Shown here in pieces: positions 17,876-27,644 of a stretch of DNA of 45,107 bases. Where the stretch lies: assembly GCA_947571975.1 (NCBI GenBank), contig CANPAC010000002.1, forward strand, positions 1 through 45,107. Direction: 5' to 3'. Made by a program: the position numbers and the translations under genes. Source of the stretch: an uncultured Clostridium sp. Lineage in GTDB: Bacteria > Bacillota > Clostridia > TANB77 > CAG-508. A model generated the notes under the pieces. That model saw only the letters and a program-made list of their open reading frames with translations. It searched no databases and had not been told where the DNA came from. Each line of letters opens with the position of its first letter. The first letter of the stretch is position 1.

Positions 17876-18866
17876 TTTTAATTAACCCCTTTGCCCTTTC
17901 TACAAAAACCATAAATATAAAAGTACCAAAACTAACTACCACATAAAGAATTAAATTATTTTCAACCAATATTTTATCTAATCCTAATACTCCAGATATA
18001 AACCTAACTGCTACAATAAATAATGGATGTAAAATATAAATTCCTGTTGCTACTTCTCTTAATACTTTATTAGAAGATTTATTTTTACTCATTAAATATC
18101 TAAATAAGAAAAACATAACTGGTATTAGAAAAATATACATACTATCGTGTCTTTGAAAATTGAAATAATGTAAAATTATTCCCTCTAATGTCATACAAAT
18201 AAAGAATACTATACTTAAATATAAATCATATTTTCTGCTTTCTTTATTTATTTTTACTATATAGCCTAAATATAAGAATATTGGTACTAAAAATAGCCCA
18301 TTTCTTGTATAATCACAAACATTAAAAATATCATTATAAACATTAGTAATTATTCCAGACATTTCAGATATTCCATAATAACTATCGCCAAATAGTCCTA
18401 TTAAATATAATATAATAGTTACAGCAAATGCCCTTTTATTTCCTAATTTTTTTATTAAGAAATATGTAATCCATATTCCTAAAATAAGAGCTGGAAAATA
18501 CCATAAGTGATATAATGTGCCGTTAATAAAAATGTCTTTTATAATCTGTATAAAACTAATATTTGCGAATTTACCCATATAAATATTTATTGGTATATAT
18601 AAGATGATACAAAATAAATAGATTTTAATTATCTTTTTTGTATATTCCTTTATTCTTTTTATATCATTTATAGATTTATCTAGTATGTAATACCCTGTTA
18701 TCATTAAAAACAATGGAACAGCAATTCTGCCTAATATTCTTGTAAAGAAAAAATCAAATTGTGGACTAATTTTATCGAAAGGCGAAATATGTATTGCTAC
18801 TATTAAAAATGATACTATAAATCTCCAAACATCTATATTCATTTTATTATTTGTTTTCTTACCCAT
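17862..18866 (-). CDS. vanT: membrane (acyltransferase-3-like) domain of VanT
   Basis: 334 aa with about 10 TM helices. Its position and size match the N-terminal half of VanT. The combined 711 aa is about the size of a full VanT. Confidence 0.75.
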   Translation of the reverse strand: MGKKTNNKMNIDVWRFIVSFLIVAIHISPFDKISPQFDFFFTRILGRIAVPLFLMITGYYILDKSINDIKRIKEYTKKIIKIYLFCIILYIPINIYMGKFANISFIQIIKDIFINGTLYHLWYFPALILGIWITYFLIKKLGNKRAFAVTIILYLIGLFGDSYYGISEMSGIITNVYNDIFNVCDYTRNGLFLVPIFLYLGYIVKINKESRKYDLYLSIVFFICMTLEGIILHYFNFQRHDSMYIFLIPVMFFLFRYLMSKNKSSNKVLREVATGIYILHPLFIVAVRFISGVLGLDKILVENNLILYVVVSFGTFIFMVFVERAKGLIKNGKH

Positions 18867-18869
18867 TTT

Positions 18870-19595
18870 TTACTCCTTTACTGTTAATATAAAACCATCT
18901 ATATTGTTACCAGAAATAGAAAAGTTTTTATTTATCTGGATATAAGATTCGTCTTTATAAGGAATATAAAAGATGTTATATTTCTCATACTTTAATGGTT
19001 TATTAGGATAAATAAATTGTTTTAAATATTCAATATATTCTTCTAAACACAAATCTTTATCTTCTATTATTTTAGAATGAGGATAACCTACATAACGGAA
19101 ATGCCATTCTTCTTTTGATATTTTGGTAATATGCTTTTTCTCATCTTTATATCTTTCAATAAATCCATACTTTGAAGCGATTTTCCTAAATTCTTGACAA
19201 ATAGTGTGATATGGAAAACTTGGAGCTATAAAATCAATATTTCCCTCATTAAGTGCTAAATCTATTGCTAATCCTGTTTGATGTTCACTAGCATTTGGTA
19301 AAGCGACAAATTTTCTAGTAAATTCTTCGCCATTTTCTTTTAATGAAGTTTCATAAATTCTAGTTTGTTCCTCTAATGTTCTATACCCACTTACTAAAAC
19401 AATTTTGTTCTCTGATTTTATTTCATTTAAAGCCAACTCTAGTTGTTCACTTACTTTCTTTTCTAATTTTATTTCTTTATATTCATCACTAAATGATACT
19501 AAATTAGACATTACTTGTTTTAATAAATTATCTGGGTTAATCAGCACAAGATAACCTTTTCCAATATTCTCTTTTTTTAATTCAATATAACTCAT
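18870..19595 (-). CDS. vanXY: D,D-dipeptidase/D,D-carboxypeptidase VanXY
   Basis: SEHQTGLAIDL (SxHxxGxAxD) and EEWHFRY (ExxH) zinc motifs. ATGA overlap with the ligase stop. Confidence 0.85.
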   Translation of the reverse strand: MSYIELKKENIGKGYLVLINPDNLLKQVMSNLVSFSDEYKEIKLEKKVSEQLELALNEIKSENKIVLVSGYRTLEEQTRIYETSLKENGEEFTRKFVALPNASEHQTGLAIDLALNEGNIDFIAPSFPYHTICQEFRKIASKYGFIERYKDEKKHITKISKEEWHFRYVGYPHSKIIEDKDLCLEEYIEYLKQFIYPNKPLKYEKYNIFYIPYKDESYIQINKNFSISGNNIDGFILTVKE

Positions 19596-20632
19596 CTTTC
19601 TACCCCCAATTCAATTAAACGATCTATAACTGTTTCAAAAGTTATACCTATTTGTTTTAACATACTAGGGTATCTTGAATGTGAAGTACATCCGGGTATA
19701 GTGTTTACTTCATTAAAAACAATCTTTTTATCTTCTGTATAAAACATATCTACTCTTGCAAAACCAGAGCAACCTAATATTTTATAAATTTTAAGAGCCG
19801 TTTCTTTTATTCTACTTCTCTCTTGCTCACTAATTCTTGCAGGTAAATGGATTTTACTTGTTTTTAAATTATATTTTTCGTAATAGTCAAAAAATCCATC
19901 TTCTAATTCTATCTCATCTACTTCGCCAATAATTAAATCTTTATTTCCAAGTACAGCACAACCTACCTCAAAGCCGTCTACATTTTCTTCAATAATAATT
20001 TTATCATCATATTTAAAGGCTTCATTTATTGCTTTGTGTAATTCTTTCACAGATAAAATTTTTGTAATTCCAAATGACGAGCCTGCTTTTAATGGTTTTA
20101 CAAACAATGGATATTTTAAGTTAGAAACTTTATTTTCAATTTTTTCTAAAGTTTCATATTTTGTAAATAAATAAGATATAGGCGATAATATTCCACTTGA
20201 AGAAACAAGTTCGTGTGCAAGATACTTGTCCATACATAATGCAGATGAAGTCATATCACAACCTACATATTTAATTCCAACAAGTTCTAACAAACCTTGC
20301 AATCTTCCATCTTCGCCATTTTGTCCGTGTAAAATAGGAAATACTATATCTATTTTTATAATTTCATTTGTTTCTAGCACTATAATTCCGTGATCACTTC
20401 TATTCGTTGAAATAGTTATCTTTTTGCAAGAGCTACTATTTAACCATTCATTTTTATCTATTTTATCTATCTCATCATCATATAAATAAAAATCTCCCTC
20501 TGGTGTTATTCCTATCATTATCACATAATATTTATTTTTATTTATATTCCTAATTACAGAAGTGGCAGACACAAGTGAAACATTATATTCACTTGAACAC
20601 CCTCCGAATATAATTGCTACTTTTTTCTTCAT
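19592..20632 (-). CDS. vanG: D-alanine--D-serine ligase, vanG-type (ATP-grasp Ddl family)
   Basis: 346 aa, KVAIIFGGCSSEYNVSLVSA..., ATP-grasp core. D-Ser specificity is inferred from the adjacent vanT and vanXY, not from the sequence alone. Confidence 0.75.
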   Translation of the reverse strand: MKKKVAIIFGGCSSEYNVSLVSATSVIRNINKNKYYVIMIGITPEGDFYLYDDEIDKIDKNEWLNSSSCKKITISTNRSDHGIIVLETNEIIKIDIVFPILHGQNGEDGRLQGLLELVGIKYVGCDMTSSALCMDKYLAHELVSSSGILSPISYLFTKYETLEKIENKVSNLKYPLFVKPLKAGSSFGITKILSVKELHKAINEAFKYDDKIIIEENVDGFEVGCAVLGNKDLIIGEVDEIELEDGFFDYYEKYNLKTSKIHLPARISEQERSRIKETALKIYKILGCSGFARVDMFYTEDKKIVFNEVNTIPGCTSHSRYPSMLKQIGITFETVIDRLIELGVER

Positions 20633-20649
20633 AAATTTACACCTCTTTT

Positions 20650-21468
20650 TTACTTTCTTTTAATTTCCACATCTTTTGGTAGTTCATATTTAATCAATAC
20701 TTTTTCATCATATAATTTCTTATGATGAAAAATGTTTTTATCTTTTTTATCCGTTTCCACCTGAACAACAGAAACACATTCAAAAATTTGGTCATTTTCT
20801 TTTACATAATGTAAATCTTCATTAATTATTTTATAATCAACTGTTGGCTTTCTATTAGATAAAATATGCCCATACATATACTCGTCATCAAAAGAAATGT
20901 CAATCTGATAAATATCATTTGTTTCATTTTTCGCTTTTAAATCAAGCCATCCTCCGTGTATTGTTGCGTCTATACCCTCAAGAGATGACTTGTCTGGATT
21001 TGGAAATGACTTAACTTTATGTCCGTGTCTTTCTGTTACAGTAAGAGGACTCATTAAAAATATGTAATGTAGTAAATTACTTAAATGACATAAGCCTCCA
21101 CCTTCTTTAGCTATAATTTTTCCATCAACTAATATTAAACCATCTTTATATTTGCCGTATTTCTTACTATTTTTAGATAAGTAGTAAAAAGAAAATGTTT
21201 CATTTGGGTATATTAAAATGTGATTCATAGTTTTACTAGCAATTTTGAGGTTTTCTACTTTATTTTTTTGAAATATAATATCGTGTCCACTATCTTTATT
21301 TATCATTAGAGTTTTTGCATTACATATTTCATAATCTAATTTTTCGCCAAAAGTCTTTGCATACTCATTCCCATCAAACTTCATTCCTATTCTGTAAAAC
21401 AAATTTTTTTGCCATATACGAAGTGGTAATAAAAATGGTAATATTTGTGTTAATCTTTTTCTTCCCAT
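20650..21468 (-). CDS. vanW: VanW family protein
   Basis: GGGLCHLSNLLHYIFLMSPLTVTERHGH is a VanW-domain signature. Start moved to the ATG at 21468, 7 nt after an AGGAAAG RBS. Confidence 0.8.
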   Translation of the reverse strand: MGRKRLTQILPFLLPLRIWQKNLFYRIGMKFDGNEYAKTFGEKLDYEICNAKTLMINKDSGHDIIFQKNKVENLKIASKTMNHILIYPNETFSFYYLSKNSKKYGKYKDGLILVDGKIIAKEGGGLCHLSNLLHYIFLMSPLTVTERHGHKVKSFPNPDKSSLEGIDATIHGGWLDLKAKNETNDIYQIDISFDDEYMYGHILSNRKPTVDYKIINEDLHYVKENDQIFECVSVVQVETDKKDKNIFHHKKLYDEKVLIKYELPKDVEIKRK

Positions 21469-21506
21469 ATACATTCTTTCCTTTTCTAATTTAATGTTTG
21501 ATTCTA

Positions 21507-21567
21507 ACAAAAAAACAATCATTAAAATCTAGTATAAGAAAATTATACTAATCTTTAAATGATTGTT
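21507..21567 (-). terminator. long imperfect palindrome plus T-run between vanS and vanW
   Basis: Arms aacaatcattaaaatctagtataa and ttatactaatctttaaatgattgtt (21514-21567), followed on the minus strand by ttttttt. Only about 45 nt remain before the vanW start. Confidence 0.55.
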
Positions 21568-21607
21568 CTTTAATTTCGTCTTAATTAAATCTTAAATTCT
21601 ACTTAAA

Positions 21608-22768
21608 TTATTTAATAGGTAACTCTACACGAAAAATAGTTTCTGTTTCGTTACTTTCAGCAGTTATCTTTCCATTATGTAATTCTACTATATCTTTAGC
21701 AATAGCAAGTCCTAAACCACTTCCACCTGTTTTAGATGTTCTCGATGAATCTGCTCTATAAAATTTTTCAAATAATCTTTCTAATTTTTCTTTAGGGATT
21801 TGTTTTCCTTTATTTTTTACTTCAACTATAATATCACTATCAGTTTTTTCAATATTTATTATAATATTGCTTTCTTCACTACTATAATTTATAGCATTTT
21901 TTACAATATTTCCAAATACTCTACTTAATTTATCTGGATCTGCATATAATTTCATATTATCTTTTGTTTTTAATTCTATATTTTTATTCAATTCCTTTAA
22001 TATAGGATAAAAGTCATCAATGATTTGCTCTATCATTAAATTAAGATTTAATTCTTCTTTTTCTAAAATTATTTCTTCAGAATTAAATCGTGCAATATCA
22101 AATAATTCATTTATAAGTTCTTCTAGCCTATATGACTTATCAAGAGCCACGCCAATATACTTTTTTTGTTGTTCCTTTGGCATATCATCTATTTCGTCCA
22201 AAATAGATAAATATCCAATAGTAGATGTAAGAGGAGTTTTTAAATCGTGTGCCAAATATGCAATCAAGTCATTTTTTCGTGTTGTTTCCTCTTTTAATAC
22301 TTGTTCATTGTGTAATAATTTTGACTTTATTTCAGTTATTTGGGCAGATATTTCTGCTTGTTCTCTTGGAAAAATATCAGTTATATCAGCTGTTCCATTC
22401 ATATATGTACGAAGTTTTTGACTTATATCTGTAACTATCTTTTTTTCTCTCTTTTTTGCAACAAAATGTGATACTACAATTACAATAACAACACAAATCA
22501 AAACACTTCCAATAAAAACACCTAATAATAATGGCTTAACTTTACTCCACATTGGAGAATGTAAAATAACTTCATCACTTGCCTCTGGCAAAAATCTATT
22601 TTCAGTAATCATATAGTTATTTTCAAACCAATCCACAAAAGCACCATTTACTATAAAATCTATAAAGAAATATATACCTAAACAAATTATAATAGCAATA
22701 GTTATAATTAAAATTATTGAGAATCCTTTTTTTATTTTATTGTTTTTCAATTTTATACCCCACTCCAT
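21608..22768 (-). CDS. vanS: VanS-type sensor histidine kinase
   Basis: Two TM segments, H-box AYLAHDLKTPLTS, and an ATPase domain GGSGLGLAIAK. Overlaps the vanR end. A TTG start 18 nt downstream is also possible. Confidence 0.85.
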   Translation of the reverse strand: MEWGIKLKNNKIKKGFSIILIITIAIIICLGIYFFIDFIVNGAFVDWFENNYMITENRFLPEASDEVILHSPMWSKVKPLLLGVFIGSVLICVVIVIVVSHFVAKKREKKIVTDISQKLRTYMNGTADITDIFPREQAEISAQITEIKSKLLHNEQVLKEETTRKNDLIAYLAHDLKTPLTSTIGYLSILDEIDDMPKEQQKKYIGVALDKSYRLEELINELFDIARFNSEEIILEKEELNLNLMIEQIIDDFYPILKELNKNIELKTKDNMKLYADPDKLSRVFGNIVKNAINYSSEESNIIINIEKTDSDIIVEVKNKGKQIPKEKLERLFEKFYRADSSRTSKTGGSGLGLAIAKDIVELHNGKITAESNETETIFRVELPIK

Positions 22769-23432
22769 AAACAGTTTTTATATACTTGGGATTTTTCCCA
22801 GTATCTTTCATTTTTTCTCTTAAATGTCTAATATGTACCATTATAGTATTATTGTCCTTTTCAAAATATTTTTCGCCCCAAACACGCTCAAATAATTCTT
22901 CATTTTTTATAACATTTCCTCTATTTTCACATAATAACCACATAATTGAAAATTCAATTTTTGTTAAATTAACTTTGTTTTCATTAAAGAAAAACTCGTG
23001 TGTATCATCATTTATACGTATTCCTCTAAAATCAATCATATTTTCGTGTTTTTTAGAATCATCATATTTTTGACATCTTCGTAATTGTGCTTTTACTCTT
23101 GCTATAAGTTCTAAAGGTTGAAAAGGTTTTGTTACATAATCATCTGCACCTATTGTAAGTCCATTTATCTTATCTATATCTTCTATTTTAGCTGTTGCAA
23201 AAATTATTGGAAATGTATAACCTAATTCTCTTATTTTTTTACAAAGCATAAATCCGTCCATTTCTGGCATCATAACATCTAATATTGCTAAATCAATCTC
23301 TAAACTATCTATATTTTGTAATACATCTTTACTTGAATAGTATTTCAAAACATTATAATTTTCATTTTTTAAATATATTTCAACAAAATCTGCTATTTCT
23401 TTTTCATCATCAACAATTAAAATTTTACTCAT
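22737..23432 (-). CDS. vanR: VanR-type OmpR-family response regulator
   Basis: MSKILIVDDE...LAILDVMMPEMDG receiver domain plus a winged-helix C-terminus (VYGVGYKI). Start at the ATG at 23432 after an AAAGGAG RBS. Confidence 0.85.
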   Translation of the reverse strand: MSKILIVDDEKEIADFVEIYLKNENYNVLKYYSSKDVLQNIDSLEIDLAILDVMMPEMDGFMLCKKIRELGYTFPIIFATAKIEDIDKINGLTIGADDYVTKPFQPLELIARVKAQLRRCQKYDDSKKHENMIDFRGIRINDDTHEFFFNENKVNLTKIEFSIMWLLCENRGNVIKNEELFERVWGEKYFEKDNNTIMVHIRHLREKMKDTGKNPKYIKTVYGVGYKIEKQ

Positions 23433-23465
23433 TGTTACTCCTTTCAAAATTACATTAGCAACATT

Positions 23466-24317
23466 TTATACCATTATTTCTTGTTCACTTAATATATTTG
23501 TTATGTACTCCAATGAATCAAATAAACTTTCAAAAGATATATTACTTGAATATGGTGCTGTAATTTGGTAATTATTCCATAGCTTAATTAGTTGTTTACT
23601 TGTTTTCATATTGTCTAATTGTTCTCTAATATCGCTTATGCTTAATTCTGTTTCTCTATTTTTAAATGTATTTTTTATTGCCGTGATTAAATTTTTAAAG
23701 TCTATTTTTTCTTTGTTGTCTTTTATTAAAACATAAATATCATAAAAATCTTTCATTCTAGTATTATAAATATCTCTTGCAATTATTGTTTCATATTTTT
23801 CTGCAATAACAGTTTCCAATGTATATGCAAGTATTGGTATTTTTTTATTTTCAAATATACAATTATAATTATATTCTATTTCTCTTGGTGTTATTTTATC
23901 CCCTGTTGTAAGTTCTATCGCAAGATATACCTTTAATGTTAACATCATTGCTAGTATATTTATTTTAAATCCTCCATACTCACTTTCTTCTCTTATATCT
24001 TTTACATCTTCTATTTTAAAAGTAATTCCATCATCTAAATCTATATTTAATATATCATTTACTATTTGGATTACATTTTCTCTTTCTAGTGGCAAACTCT
24101 TTAATGTAGCGTCCATATCTTTAGTAGTTCTTTCATCATCTCCTATAATTGAAGATAATAGAAGTCCACCTTTTAAAATGATATTGTTCTTATATTGGCT
24201 TTTAGAAAGTCTATCTAAAATATGTTCAAAAAAATACATTTGATAAAGTTGTGCTGATAGATTATTATTGCCATTTGCCTTTTTTGATATAATACTTTTT
24301 AATTTATCTTTATTCAC
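23466..24317 (-). CDS. abiEii: AbiEii/AbiGii nucleotidyltransferase toxin
   Basis: 283 aa. ILKGGLLLSSIIGDDERTTKDMDATL matches the GG...RxTxDxD NTase motif. 1-nt overlap with the upstream gene. Confidence 0.8.
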   Translation of the reverse strand: MNKDKLKSIISKKANGNNNLSAQLYQMYFFEHILDRLSKSQYKNNIILKGGLLLSSIIGDDERTTKDMDATLKSLPLERENVIQIVNDILNIDLDDGITFKIEDVKDIREESEYGGFKINILAMMLTLKVYLAIELTTGDKITPREIEYNYNCIFENKKIPILAYTLETVIAEKYETIIARDIYNTRMKDFYDIYVLIKDNKEKIDFKNLITAIKNTFKNRETELSISDIREQLDNMKTSKQLIKLWNNYQITAPYSSNISFESLFDSLEYITNILSEQEIMV

Positions 24318-24910
24318 TATAATAAAACCTCCATATATTCACTTACTTTTTTTTCAATATTCATTGTTCTTGCATATTTAGTAAGTTTGCTTAAATTTTT
24401 ATTTTTACTTTTAGCATATTCTTTTAATGCTTTTGAAAAAATCTCTGCGTCCATTTTATTTTTATTTTTTATAATATCACAAATTGTTCTTTCAATATCA
24501 TAGACTTTAATTTTCATTCCATAAGGTGAAGTCATTTCAATTACTCCTAAATCTAAAATATCTCTATTTACAAAACTAATGATTACATTCTTATCTTTCT
24601 GCAAAACCCCACTATAATCGTATGGTAAAGTTATATTATATAAAAGTGGTGTACGATCAGATAGATTATGCAAATATAATGCTGTTGCTCCAGAAAATCT
24701 TGCATTTTTACTTTTGGAAGAAATTTTATAGTATTCATCTTCTATATAATTAGGTAATCCATAATAGCCTTTTGAAATTCTTGTCAATGTTCCTTTTTTT
24801 ACCATATTTGTTAAAAATATCTTATTGATACCATTACTAACAACTTCTTTTGTTGTAACATATCCATTATTTTTTTCAACAATTTTTAAAATTTTATCAT
24901 AAAAGTTCAT
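24317..24910 (-). CDS. abiEi: AbiEi family antitoxin/transcriptional regulator
   Basis: 197 aa. The N-terminal winged helix is NNGYVTTKEVVSNGINKIFLTNMVKKGTLTRISKGYYGL. Paired with AbiEii. Confidence 0.75.
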   Translation of the reverse strand: MNFYDKILKIVEKNNGYVTTKEVVSNGINKIFLTNMVKKGTLTRISKGYYGLPNYIEDEYYKISSKSKNARFSGATALYLHNLSDRTPLLYNITLPYDYSGVLQKDKNVIISFVNRDILDLGVIEMTSPYGMKIKVYDIERTICDIIKNKNKMDAEIFSKALKEYAKSKNKNLSKLTKYARTMNIEKKVSEYMEVLL

Positions 24911-25002
24911 CTTTATCTTTCCTTTCCAACTGAAATTTTATCATTTATCAGTTAAAAAGTAAATAGTTTTTTTAATTTTTTCCATAATATCGAATTTTTA
25001 CC

Positions 25003-25051
25003 AAATAAAAAATAGGAATGGTACTTATTATTTCTAACAAATACCATTCCT
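25003..25051 (-). terminator. rho-independent terminator ending the conjugation operon
   Basis: aggaatggta (25014-25023) pairs with taccattcct (25042-25051). The minus strand continues attttttatttgg. Confidence 0.6.
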
Positions 25052-25059
25052 ACCTATTT

Positions 25060-25239
25060 TTAAATTTTTTTTCTATAAATGATTTTATCTATTTCTTTTG
25101 AAATAATTTCTTTTTTATTTATTGTTTCTCCTTTGTCATTTACTATCTCTGCATAATATCTTTTTCTTTTGTATATTTCTAAAATTACTGCTTTATTTTT
25201 GTTTTTCAACTCTACCACATCAAACTTTTTTATCTTCAT
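25060..25239 (-). CDS. 59-aa lysine-rich ORF at the end of the conjugation operon
   Basis: My translation: MKIKKFDVVELKNKNKAVILEIYKRKRYYAEIVNDKGETINKKEIISKEIDKIIYRKKI. One codon below the track cutoff. Confidence 0.35.
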   Translation of the reverse strand: MKIKKFDVVELKNKNKAVILEIYKRKRYYAEIVNDKGETINKKEIISKEIDKIIYRKKI

Positions 25240-25255
25240 AATTTATCACTTTCCT

Positions 25256-26872
25256 TTATTGATATGCTGGCGTTCCATAACCTAAAATAACACTACTGCC
25301 CACATCATATTGATTTTGTTTACACATATCTCCTGTTGTATTTCCCTCAATAGTATAAACCTTATTATTTTCTACTTTTTCTACAATTCCTGTATGATCT
25401 GCCTGTCCATCATTACTATCTGCCCAGTCAAAAAAGATTATATCTCCGTGCCTTTGGTGTATAACTTCCATCTTGCCATAATCCACGATTTTGAAACCAG
25501 ACAACTCCCTCACTCTGACAACCTGCATATTTTGGAACTATTCCTGCGTTTATATAACCGACATTGTTCGGCACACCACGAAACAAAACAAGCACACCAC
25601 TCAACCCTAGATTCAAAACCATACCAAGACCAATAAGGCTCTCCGTCCTATATTTCCTATTTGCGAAATAGCAACTTTTACAATATCACTATTTCCTCCT
25701 CCATATATAAGACTTGACCAATTACTAGCATATTTTTCGTTCATTAGTTCATTTAATTGTTCCCTTTGAGCTTGATTAAGATTATATTGATTTGATATTT
25801 CTTCTATACTTTTTACTCTAACTGTTAGGTGTAGTGTTTCTTTAATTACTTCTATCTCTCTTTCTCCACCTCGCCCATCTGGAACTTTTACTTTTTCTTG
25901 TCTTTTATCTACTACCTCATTAAATTCGTTCATATCCCAGAATACTTTTTTTAATATTTTAGCTCTGTTATTGTCCATAGTCATAACATCTACTTTATAA
26001 TCTCCATTGCTTATCATTACTGTATAAACTGCTATTACATCTCGCCAATTTGCTCTTGCATATTTAATGTCATAATCTGCGTTAGGGTGTTGTCCTTTCT
26101 TTTTTTCTATTTCTTTTGAAAATTCTGTATTTAATTCTGCCATTACACTATTGACTGTCATTTCTCCGTCTTTTTTTTCATTTGCAAAAAAGATTCCAAA
26201 AACAGAACTACATATCATAGCAATTAAACATATTACAACAATTACAACTACTGCTACCCAACCACCTGCAATAATTGCTGAAACAAGTGCCTTTGTTGCT
26301 GCAATTATTGCTTTGATTATTGCTATTGTTGTCTTAATTGCTACCTTTGTTGCTTGTATTGTAGTTTTCACAGCTTGTTTCGTCATCTGTGCCGTTCTTT
26401 GAGCTAGTTTTACACTATTTTTCGCTACTTGCTTTGTTGTTTTTATTGTTGCTTTCGCTGTTTTTTCTGTTGTTTTAACTGTGTTTTTTGCTGATTTTAC
26501 TGTGTTTTGAACTCTTTTTATATTTCTTTTTGCTTTGTTTATTGTAATTTTTCCTTTTTGTTTTACCTTTTTTATTCCTTTTTGTGCCTTTTTTATTTGC
26601 ACTTTTCCTTTTTCAATGTTCTGTATAGTCTTTTCAAAATTTTGCTTTCCTTTTCTATTTAATCGTGGTGTATAATAAATAATATCGTGCATTGTGTTAT
26701 TTACTTTATTTTCTGCGTATTCTTCTGCTGTGTTTTCGTTCTTTTCGTAATTTTCTTTTGTTTTGTCTTTTACACTTATTATATTTGATTTTAGATTTTG
26801 CCCAACTATCTTGGCTCTATCAAATTTCTTTATACTGACTTCTTGTTTTTTCTTTGTTTTTATATCTGCCAT
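25256..26872 (-). CDS. conjugation-associated cell-wall hydrolase (NlpC/P60 C-terminal domain, TM and Lys-rich N-terminal part), three CGG +1 breaks
   Basis: ORFs 25613-26947, 25428-25622 and 25256-25528 join when the C of the CGG at 25643-25645, 25558-25560 and 25446-25448 is skipped (..IGNIGGEPYWSWYGF..WCAEQCGYINAG..TPKAGDIIFFDWADSNDGQADHTGIV). Start at 26872 after GGAGGA. Confidence 0.8.
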
Positions 26873-26874
26873 TG

Positions 26875-27630
26875 CTATTCCTCCAATTCTGCCTTTATTT
26901 TTTTTGCTACTACTACTAATCGTCCGTTTTTGTTGGAATATTCGCAAGTGCTTAATGTAATCAATTTATCGCCATAATCTGCTGTTTTTTCTGTTTCATA
27001 AAAAGAAAGTTCTTTACATTTTTTTATAAATGTATCGAACTCCTGCTTTGAACTGCTATTTACAAATTTATAATATTCAAAACCTGTATAAGCAACTGTT
27101 TTGAATACTGCTATTATTTCATAATCTGCATTTTCATATATGGTATTGAAATTTATTACTTTATGATTATTGTAAAATTCTTTCTTTTTGTATTTTTCTA
27201 ATTCTCCAAACATTTGATTATTCTTAATATGATGACCATATATAATAACATTATCGCTTGTTTTTATATCACAATATTCTGCAATATATGGTGTTCCTAA
27301 TTGCGAATATTGTTTGTAAAAATTTTTTCTTAAATAATAATCTTTCCTATTACTTTCTGTCTGCATAACAGGGTAACTTATATTTGTATTTTCTATTTCT
27401 AGCCACCCTACAAAATCATTATTCAAATCATATAATTTTTGTAAGTTTCTACTTTCTTCTTGCTGTTTTTCGTTTTGTTCCTCCTGGCATTCTGTGATAA
27501 TGTTCTCTAATTCTTCAAAAACCTCGTTTTGTTCTTTATCTTCTTTGTAATTTATTATAATATAGATAATGCTAGTAACTAAACTAGCTACTAGCATTAT
27601 AACTAAAAATATATAGAACTTTTTATACAT
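26875..27630 (-). CDS. class B sortase
   Basis: N-terminal TM, DFVGWLEIENTNISYPVMQ, IIYGHH, LITLSTCEY (catalytic Cys). Confidence 0.8.
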   Translation of the reverse strand: MYKKFYIFLVIMLVASLVTSIIYIIINYKEDKEQNEVFEELENIITECQEEQNEKQQEESRNLQKLYDLNNDFVGWLEIENTNISYPVMQTESNRKDYYLRKNFYKQYSQLGTPYIAEYCDIKTSDNVIIYGHHIKNNQMFGELEKYKKKEFYNNHKVINFNTIYENADYEIIAVFKTVAYTGFEYYKFVNSSSKQEFDTFIKKCKELSFYETEKTADYGDKLITLSTCEYSNKNGRLVVVAKKIKAELEE

Positions 27631-27644
27631 ATTGCTCCCTCTTT

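Noticed and set aside
16742-21468. A vanA/vanB-type (D-Ala-D-Lac) cluster
   Set aside because: There is no vanH dehydrogenase. The presence of the vanT racemase and a fused vanXY points to the D-Ala-D-Ser (vanC/E/G/L/N) class.
26151-26640. Apparent repetitive DNA inside the NlpC/P60 gene (K/T/A-rich repeats)
   Set aside because: It translates in frame as a low-complexity Lys/Thr/Ala-rich coiled segment plus a TM helix of the hydrolase. It is coding low complexity, not a distinct repeat element.
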